From an uncultured Chloroflexia bacterium (GTDB lineage Bacteria > Chloroflexota > Chloroflexia > Thermomicrobiales > UBA6265), in the NCBI GenBank assembly GCA_963750275.1, contig CAVVQC010000011.1:152880-216879 (forward strand): a stretch of 64,000 nt of DNA. The letters are read 5' to 3'. The notes under the pieces were generated by a model. It was not told where the DNA came from and searched no databases. It was given only the letters and a program-made list of their open reading frames with translations. Below, one piece after another: positions 57,457-64,000 of this stretch. The stretch's first letter is position 1; every line of letters starts with the position of its first letter. The position numbers were made by a program, and so were the translations under genes.

Positions 57457-57861
57457 TACGGAAACTCCGTTTTGTGCGTGGAGGCTGCCAGTAACTTCGG
57501 TGCCAAGGTCCCAATTCGGAAGCGAGGCATCATTGGCGGGACCCTGATTTCATCGATGGATTGTAGCATTTTTGCGCTGAAGGCATCTTAGAGGAAGCCG
57601 GTCAACTTTCGTGCTATTCTGCGGCCGTTGATCATGCTTGACTTGGTAATTCGGTACACAAGCACGACCAATTCGGTGTAGGATGCAGCGATGCAAGCTG
57701 AAGGATTCTGATCGTTTGGGGCGATCGTTTCTTGTTAGCCATTTGAGAGTGAATTCACCGTCGCAAAGCAGTCCAATTGCGGGACTGCGTCCGGCGGAAT
57801 CGGATAAACAGGAAAGCCGCGGAAACGGCACGCGTCGATGCGGGAAGGTACGGGAGGAGCA

Positions 57862-59067
57862 ATGCACCGGGGATCAACAGGCGGCCGCCGACGAACGTTG
57901 ACGCGCTTGGTGACACTGCTTGCATTTCTGGCGTTGGCAGTTGGAGTCCTGCTGCCGGCAGTTAGTGCGGAGAGTCCCTACAGCACTCTCTCGCCACAGT
58001 CATCCCAGGCGGATGATATTCAGTGGCTCTATCGCATGGTCTTTTTCCTTGCGTTAGTGGTGTTCATCGGCGTTCAAATCGCCATTGTCTACACCGTGCT
58101 TCGCTATCGACGGCGTGCCAACGACGAGCGGCCCGAACAGTCGCATGGCAACAAAACCGTCGAAATTATCTGGACCATCATTCCGGCAATTGTGTTGCTT
58201 GCCATCTTCATTCCCACCGTACGGACCATTTATGCACACGCGGATCAGGCGGAAGCGGGCAATTTCACGGTTGAGGTGTACGCCAAGCAGTGGTGGTGGG
58301 AAGTCCACTATGCCGACGACACCGGCGCGGCTGCTGGGGTGATTACCGCTAATGACATCGTTGTCCCGCAAGGCAAGGATGTCGTCTTCAAGCTCTTCTC
58401 CAACAATGTGATTCACTCCTTCTGGGTTCCCCAGCTTTCGGGCAAGCTCGATGTTATGCCCGGCCACGTGAACAAGTTGCCAATTTCGACCGACAACCAG
58501 GGCATGTACTTTGGGCAGTGCGCAGAGTTCTGCGGCGATTCGCACGCGCTCATGCGGTTTAAGGTGATCGTCCAGCCGCAGGAGGTCTTCGATCAGTGGG
58601 CTGCTGGCTGGAAAGCCGGTCCTTCTGAAACCTCCGCAGACTATGTGCCGGATGGAGATCTAACCAAGGTTCCGGCATCATTTGGGCTTTGCCTGGCCTG
58701 CCATCAAGTCGAGGGCACGAACGCGGCGATTGCCCCGGAAGGTCTGGACGAAGAGCCATTGACCGATACCGGCGAAATGGGCCCTGCCAAATACGCTGGG
58801 CCGAACCTCTCGCTCATGGGCTGTCGTACCACCATTGGAGCCGGCGTGCTGCCGAACACTCCAGAGAACATGGCCGAGTGGCTCCATGACCCGGGAGCAA
58901 TTAAACCTGGCGTCTATATGGGCCAGGTCATCGAAAAAGGCACACTCGACGATGCTCAGATTCAGGAGCTTGTTGACTATCTCGAAAGCTTGACACCGGC
59001 CGAAGGCTGTCCTGAGATTCCCGTGCAACCGGGAGTCGAGGAGCAAGTGGTCCCTTCGAACCCATAA
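57862..59067 (+). CDS. ctaC: Cytochrome c oxidase subunit II with fused C-terminal cytochrome c domain (caa3-type)
   Basis: GGGAGGAG precedes the ATG at 57862. Two TM helices. CuA site: HSFWVPQL..GQCAEFCGDSHALM. Heme c site: CLACHQVEG. Confidence 0.92.
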   Translation: MHRGSTGGRRRTLTRLVTLLAFLALAVGVLLPAVSAESPYSTLSPQSSQADDIQWLYRMVFFLALVVFIGVQIAIVYTVLRYRRRANDERPEQSHGNKTVEIIWTIIPAIVLLAIFIPTVRTIYAHADQAEAGNFTVEVYAKQWWWEVHYADDTGAAAGVITANDIVVPQGKDVVFKLFSNNVIHSFWVPQLSGKLDVMPGHVNKLPISTDNQGMYFGQCAEFCGDSHALMRFKVIVQPQEVFDQWAAGWKAGPSETSADYVPDGDLTKVPASFGLCLACHQVEGTNAAIAPEGLDEEPLTDTGEMGPAKYAGPNLSLMGCRTTIGAGVLPNTPENMAEWLHDPGAIKPGVYMGQVIEKGTLDDAQIQELVDYLESLTPAEGCPEIPVQPGVEEQVVPSNP

Positions 59068-59143
59068 CTGACTGAACCGAGACACTGAAGGCACGCCCAG
59101 GGGCGGACACGCGCGAAAAGAACCAGGAGTCAGGAGCGGAATC

Positions 59144-61041
59144 ATGGCGTCGATCGCTCAACCTCAAATCGTGGCACAACCCATCACCAAGCCCGCATCC
59201 GGGATTTGGAGCTGGATGACCACGATCGACCACAAACGCATCGGGTTGTTGTACGGCGTTTCTGCCTTCTTCTTCCTGCTGCTTGGTGGTGTCGAAGCTC
59301 TGATAATCCGCGCACAGTTAGCCAGGCCAAATAACGATCTCGTGAGCGCCCAACGGTACAACGAGCTCTTTACCATGCACGGAACGACCATGATCTTCCT
59401 GGCCGTCATGCCGCTCAGCTCTGCTTTCTTCAATTACATCATGCCGCTTCAAATCGGCGCGCGGGACGTAGCATTCCCTCGGCTGAATGCGTTCAGCTTC
59501 TGGGTTTTCCTCGCGGGCGCCGTCGTTATCAATATGTCTTGGTTCTTCAATGAAGCGCCAAACCAGGGCTGGTACGGCTATTCTCCATTGACGGGGACAG
59601 CTTGGAGTCCCGGACGTAACGTCGACTTCTGGATGCTCGGCCTGCAGATCCTGGGTGTCGCCTCTATGGCTGCATCCTTTAATTTCATTGTCACGATTTT
59701 CAATATGCGATGTCCGGGCATGAAGATGATGCGTATGCCCATCTTCACTTGGTCAACCCTCATCGTTTCGATGCTAATCATCTTCGCATTCCCGGCCATA
59801 ACGGTCGCCCTGCTTCTCTTGAGCTTCGACCGCTTCGCTGGCACCGGATTCTACGAAGCTGCGGCCGGCGGGGATCCGCTTCTCTGGCAGCATCTCTTCT
59901 GGGTCTTCGGTCATCCGGAGGTTTATATCCTCATCCTGCCAGCCTTCGGGATCGTTTCGGAAATCTCCCGGTCTTTTCCCGCAAGCCACTTTTTGGTTAT
60001 TCGGTCATGGTCTATGCCATTGCGGCGATCGCCTTCCTCGGCTTCGGCGTGTGGGCGCATCACATGTTCACGATAGGCCTCGGCCCCACCGCGAACGCCA
60101 TCTTTGCCGGCAGCACGATGCTGATTGCGATCCCCACCGGCGTGAAGATCTTCAACTGGATCGGCACCATGTTCAAAGGGTCGTTGCGGTTTACCACAGC
60201 AATGCTCTTTGCGGTCGGTCTTGTTTCACAGTTCGTGATCGGTGGACTGTCTGGCGTGATGCACGCAGTTGTGCCAGTGGACTCGCAGCAAAACGATTCG
60301 TATTTCATCATCGCGCATTTCCACTATGTGCTGTTCGGTGGGTCGATTTTTGGACTGCTGGCCGGCATCTATTACTGGGGGCCGAAATTTTCTGGCAAGA
60401 TGCTCAGCGAGCGTATCGGCAAGTGGCACTTCTGGCTGACGTTTGTCGGATTCAATATGACCTTCTTCCCCATGCACTTCCTTGGCTTGGCCGGAATGCC
60501 GCGCCGCTACTACACATATGCGGAAGACAGCGGTTGGGGCCCATGGAATGCGTTTGTGTCATTCGGCGCCATGGTGCTCGGCATCTCATTCCTGGTCTTT
60601 CTCTTTAACATCCTGCATACCATTCGTCATGGCGAGCGTGCGGGGGACGATCCATGGGATGCCGCGACGTTGGAGTGGGCGATTTCGTCACCGCCACCGG
60701 CGTATAACTTCGCGGTTCTCCCAACCGTTACGCATCGTGACCAACTCTGGTGGGACAAGTATGGCGACGAGCATGGTCATGCGCATGTGCCCAACGAAGA
60801 GGTGTCGACGACTGCCGAGATTCAGCAGCGTGCGAATGCGGCACATCCGCATGTGCATCTCCCGAATCCAAGTTACTTCCCGTTGCTTGCGGCTGTTGGT
60901 TTCTTCATTTTTGCACTGGGAATTCTTTTCCGCGATCCGGCGGTTACTATCGGCCTGCTTCACTTGCCGATCGTAGCGGTTGCGGGTATGGCGCTTATGA
61001 TCATTTCGATCTACGCATGGGCATTCGAGCCGGCAGGCTAA
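59144..61041 (+). pseudogene. ctaD: Cytochrome c oxidase subunit I, frame interrupted by a 1-nt indel at about 59960-59968
   Basis: Track ORFs 59144..60076 (…[22 protein letters not shown] then nonsense) and 59710..61041 (…[35 protein letters not shown]…). Junction GAAATCTCCCGGTC would read SEI(L/I)[11 protein letters not shown] with one extra base. Confidence 0.9.
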
Positions 61042-61112
61042 GTTCGAGGAGGCCGGTTGGCGATACGGTCTCACGATCGCATCGTCAGTAGGAGAACCTG
61101 GAGGAAACCGAG

Positions 61113-61838
61113 TTGGCGCAAGCAGTTGCCACCCTTGAACACGCACATGGTGCCGGTGATGTCGGGCATGCCGAGCATGCCGATCATCCGCACTCTTCGA
61201 CTGGACTCGATAGCCGGAAGCTCCTGATGTGGCTCTTCCTGGCCTCGGACTGCATGTTCTTCGGCTCGCTTATCGCGATGTACATGATCTATCGCGGTGA
61301 TGCCGAGCGGATGTTCACCGCCGGACAGGGTGCTGGCCCGGTACCGCACGAGATTCTCGACATCCCGTACACCTCGATTAGCGCTTTCGTGCTGCTGATG
61401 AGCTCGTTGACTATGGTGCTGGCACTCGCCTCGATCCAGCGTGGCAACCAGCGTGGCTTGCGCATTTGGCTCAGTGCCACTGCGGCACTGGGCTTGGTCT
61501 TCCTGGGTGGCCAACTCTTCGAATTCACCGCCTTCTATCGTGAGGGACTCGGACTGACCACCAATATCTTCAGCATGTCGTTCTTCACGCTCACTGGCTT
61601 CCACGGCGCCCACGTGACGATCGGGGTGGTCTGGCTAATATCACTGGTCATCGTGTCACTACGAGGCGGAGTACGGCAGGATCAGTCGATGAACGTCGAG
61701 ATCGCCGGTCTCTACTGGCACTTTGTCGACATCGTCTGGATCGTCATCTTCACGCTCGTCTACCTGATCCCCTACGATAAGGTTGAGACGGTGACGCACG
61801 AAGCGGAACAAGGTTTCCGGTTGATTGGACTGGGGTAG
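61113..61838 (+). CDS. ctaE: Cytochrome c oxidase subunit III
   Basis: TTG start 6 nt after GGAGGAA. FFGSLIAMY, FFTLTGFHGAHVTIGVVWL, YWHFVDIVWIVIFTLVYL. Confidence 0.9.
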   Translation: MAQAVATLEHAHGAGDVGHAEHADHPHSSTGLDSRKLLMWLFLASDCMFFGSLIAMYMIYRGDAERMFTAGQGAGPVPHEILDIPYTSISAFVLLMSSLTMVLALASIQRGNQRGLRIWLSATAALGLVFLGGQLFEFTAFYREGLGLTTNIFSMSFFTLTGFHGAHVTIGVVWLISLVIVSLRGGVRQDQSMNVEIAGLYWHFVDIVWIVIFTLVYLIPYDKVETVTHEAEQGFRLIGLG

Positions 61839-61850
61839 GGAGAGCGCCAC

Positions 61851-62213
61851 ATGGCTGACCATGCAATGCAACTACCAGAGGAAGATCGCGGTCAGGAACA
61901 TCTGACCGAAGCCACCTATGTCAAGATCGCAATCATTCTGGCGGTAATCACGACCATCGAAGTCGCGATCTATTACGTCGATTGGTTCCACACCAGTGGC
62001 ACGCTGGTTCCGATGTTGGCGATCTTCTCGCTGATAAAATTCATCACCGTCATTGCCTACTTCATGCATCTCAAAGTAGATGACAGGCGCTATCGCTATA
62101 CGTTCCTTTGTGGGTTAGTGCTCGCCGTAGCGATTGTGTCCGCGCTGGTGGCACTCTTGCGAACTCATCAGATCGAGTACGGACTTCGCTTGATTTCCGG
62201 TGCCGATCACTAG
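61851..62213 (+). CDS. ctaF: caa3-type oxidase subunit IV
   Basis: YVKIAIILAVITTIEVAIYY ... LIKFITVIAYFMHLKVD. GGGAGAG RBS. Confidence 0.85.
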   Translation: MADHAMQLPEEDRGQEHLTEATYVKIAIILAVITTIEVAIYYVDWFHTSGTLVPMLAIFSLIKFITVIAYFMHLKVDDRRYRYTFLCGLVLAVAIVSALVALLRTHQIEYGLRLISGADH

Positions 62214-62264
62214 GAGTTTTCCAAGTCCCGGAAATGAGCCGGTACGCGGCTCATCGGTATCCTC

Positions 62265-63158
62265 ATGAACGATTTCAGCTTTTCACTCTTGCACGCAGAG
62301 GTTCCGCCGACGGGTTGGCTTCACAGCGACTGGTCGCCGGAACCTATGGTTGTTTTCAGCTCGTTCGCGCTGGCGGCGTTATTTGTGCTGTGGACTGGCC
62401 CGCTGAGCCGGCGCCGGCCAGGGAGCGAAACACGCCAAACCACCGGTAAGCAAACGACCTACTTCCTCCTGGGATGTCTCGCGTATCTCCTCGCGTTGAG
62501 TCCGCCATTGGACGATTGGTCAGACTTCTATCTGCTGACCGCGCACATGTTCCAGCACATGGTCATCATGTTTGTGGTGGCACCGCTCTTTTTGGCTGGA
62601 ATTCCGGCCTGGGTCTTGCAACCGTTGGCGAACAACCGGCTCACGAATAAGGTGGGGTGGACGCTGACTCGACCGATCGTTGCTGCAATCTTATCGACGG
62701 TCATCATTGTGGTCTGGCACGTTCCCGGCGCGTACGATGCAGCCCTCCAACACCAACCTATCCACATCGCCCAGCACGGATCATTCCTGATTGCCGCACT
62801 CCTCGCGTGGTGGCCGGTACTGGGGCCACTCCCAGCCTGGCCGAAAATTCAGTCGCCGCCGGTTCAGTGCTTGTATCTCTTTCTCTATAGCTTGCCTGCA
62901 GGATTGGTCGGCGCCTTCATCACCATGTCGGCACCCGGGTTCTACCCCTACTACGACAATGTTCAACGCATCTTTGGCATCGACCTCGACGTCGACCAGC
63001 AGCTTGCCGGGCTCATGATGTGGGTCGGTGGCAGCATGATCTATCTTGGCTGGATTACGGTCCTGTTCCTGAGCTGGGCCACCAAGGAAGAGGCGGCCGA
63101 TCGCGAGCCACGCCCGAAAGCCGCCCCGATTGCTCCGGCGGGAGTGGAAGGGGCCTGA
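62265..63158 (+). CDS. ctaG: Cytochrome c oxidase assembly factor CtaG (Bacillus type, Caa3_CtaG)
   Basis: Polytopic membrane protein. LLTAHMFQHMVIMFVVAPLFLAGIP, WHVPGAYDAAL, QHGSFLIAALLAWWPV. Confidence 0.85.
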   Translation: MNDFSFSLLHAEVPPTGWLHSDWSPEPMVVFSSFALAALFVLWTGPLSRRRPGSETRQTTGKQTTYFLLGCLAYLLALSPPLDDWSDFYLLTAHMFQHMVIMFVVAPLFLAGIPAWVLQPLANNRLTNKVGWTLTRPIVAAILSTVIIVVWHVPGAYDAALQHQPIHIAQHGSFLIAALLAWWPVLGPLPAWPKIQSPPVQCLYLFLYSLPAGLVGAFITMSAPGFYPYYDNVQRIFGIDLDVDQQLAGLMMWVGGSMIYLGWITVLFLSWATKEEAADREPRPKAAPIAPAGVEGA

Positions 63159-63159
63159 T

Positions 63160-63543
63160 ATGGCAGTGTCACTCTCATGGCGCTCAGTCGTAGCTAAGAT
63201 ACCGGCCTCGGAGATTCGCACAAGCGAGACACTTGACAGGGATGAGAACTTCGACGGCCTTCCGGTGCGCGGCTTTCTCTGGACGCTGTTTGTCTTCAAG
63301 ATGGCCACCGTGGTGGCGATCTTCTGGGCCGCTGGGGGATCGAACGAAGCCAACATCCTGCTCACCGCGACCGTATGGCCCTGGCTTATCATTCCCGGTA
63401 TCGTGGGATTCGGGTGGCTCGCGTTTCACCTGCGGCTACGCCGCGTGCGCGCCCGGAGGCTCGAACTCCAACGGGCCGAGTGGATGGTCGATGATCATGA
63501 GACAATGGACTCGGCAGTGAGCTTACGCGAGTTGGATGTGTGA
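63160..63543 (+). CDS. Hypothetical membrane protein downstream of ctaG
   Basis: GGAAGGGG precedes the ATG at 63160. Two TM helices (FLWTLFVFKMATVVAIFWAAG, VWPWLIIPGIVGFGWLAFHL). The track ORF starts at 63130, overlapping ctaG. Confidence 0.55.
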   Translation: MAVSLSWRSVVAKIPASEIRTSETLDRDENFDGLPVRGFLWTLFVFKMATVVAIFWAAGGSNEANILLTATVWPWLIIPGIVGFGWLAFHLRLRRVRARRLELQRAEWMVDDHETMDSAVSLRELDV

Positions 63544-63559
63544 AAAGGGGAGTTGAAGG

Positions 63560-64000
63560 TTGGGACGTTATATAGCTGTACGATGGCTCCGCCCTGCGAC
63601 AGTCGGCATTATCGCCGCGCTGATGACAGGCGTCGGCATCTATCTCATCGGCCACCTCCTGCTTCGCATGACCGATCACTCCGTCACCGACGAGCTCCAG
63701 CGTAAGGAGTTGTGGGTCGGACTTGCGTTGACCATCGGTATTCTGGCAATAGCATCACTGCTGGCATCGCGCCCAGCAGGAGCACTCGGGCCGCTAGATA
63801 AACCGGTGGCGATTGGCAAAACCCCCATGACTGGTGAGCTCGATCTCTCGCCGATTCCGCTCACTGCCAAATATGGCGCGGAAGGTACCGTGGCAGATCT
63901 TACGCAGGGATACACCCTCTACGCGCGCAATGGCGCCTTTGCCGAGACTATCGACGTCCTGAAAAGTGTCGAGGATATCGGCGGCATCCAGCGGACACTC
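63560..64000 (+). CDS. Hypothetical membrane protein, 3' end outside the window (not on the track)
   Basis: AAAGGGGAG precedes the TTG at 63560. The frame is open for 147 codons to the window end: MGRYIAVRWLRPATVGIIAALMTGVGIYLIGHLLL...ELWVGLALTIGILAIASLLAS... GC-rich third codon positions. Confidence 0.55.
   Translation, partial: MGRYIAVRWLRPATVGIIAALMTGVGIYLIGHLLLRMTDHSVTDELQRKELWVGLALTIGILAIASLLASRPAGALGPLDKPVAIGKTPMTGELDLSPIPLTAKYGAEGTVADLTQGYTLYARNGAFAETIDVLKSVEDIGGIQRTL

Noticed and set aside
57086-57514. 143-codon N-terminal extension of the argS ORF
   Set aside because: It is Arg/Gly/Pro-rich and not protein-like. AGGAG precedes the ATG at 57085. A better small membrane ORF (57229..57456) occupies another frame.

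Overview
GC-rich bacterial chromosomal segment with about 50 protein-coding genes on both strands. By eye I found no rRNA, tRNA, CRISPR array, transposase/integrase, prophage or canonical defence or toxin-antitoxin module.

The backbone is housekeeping and metabolism:
- Enzymes: cupin, class-III aminotransferase, LLM oxidoreductase, GNAT, rhodanese, two enolase-superfamily enzymes, family-III CoA-transferase, MidA-type and Tam-like methyltransferases, FAD oxidase, VOC protein, nnrE.
- Core functions: gltX, smc, argS, and a Bacillus-style caa3 oxidase operon ctaC-ctaD-ctaE-ctaF-ctaG.
- Envelope, transport and regulation: SH3b(x6)-M23 wall hydrolase, META-domain protein, APC permease, LuxR- and MerR-type regulators, VWA protein, zinc-ribbon/TolB-like propeller.

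What stands out:
1. Four very large secreted proteins (1-5477, 20095-23032, 23780-26871, 40563-42926). Three share a four-cysteine beta-sandwich module I cannot assign to a named family. Three end in C-terminal anchor signals (LPSTG, FPRTG, LPGVG). Linkers are Thr/Pro-rich, including an array of roughly 69 TPTN units.
2. Five genes, including ctaD, are interrupted by single small indels, mostly at homopolymers. This looks more like assembly error than biology.
3. A dispersed ~28-nt intergenic repeat (GTCATTCTGAGCGAAGCGAAGAATCTC) occurs in at least 7 copies.
4. Several unlisted small ORFs, including a tandem YtxH pair with an ATGA overlap and a 37-aa hydrophobic peptide.
5. A MerR-type gene has a near-consensus promoter with a palindrome in the spacer.

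Gene content suggests a monoderm-like lineage (Chloroflexota/Thermomicrobia-like or Actinomycetota), but this is inference only. All functional calls are motif recognition by eye; no searches were run.
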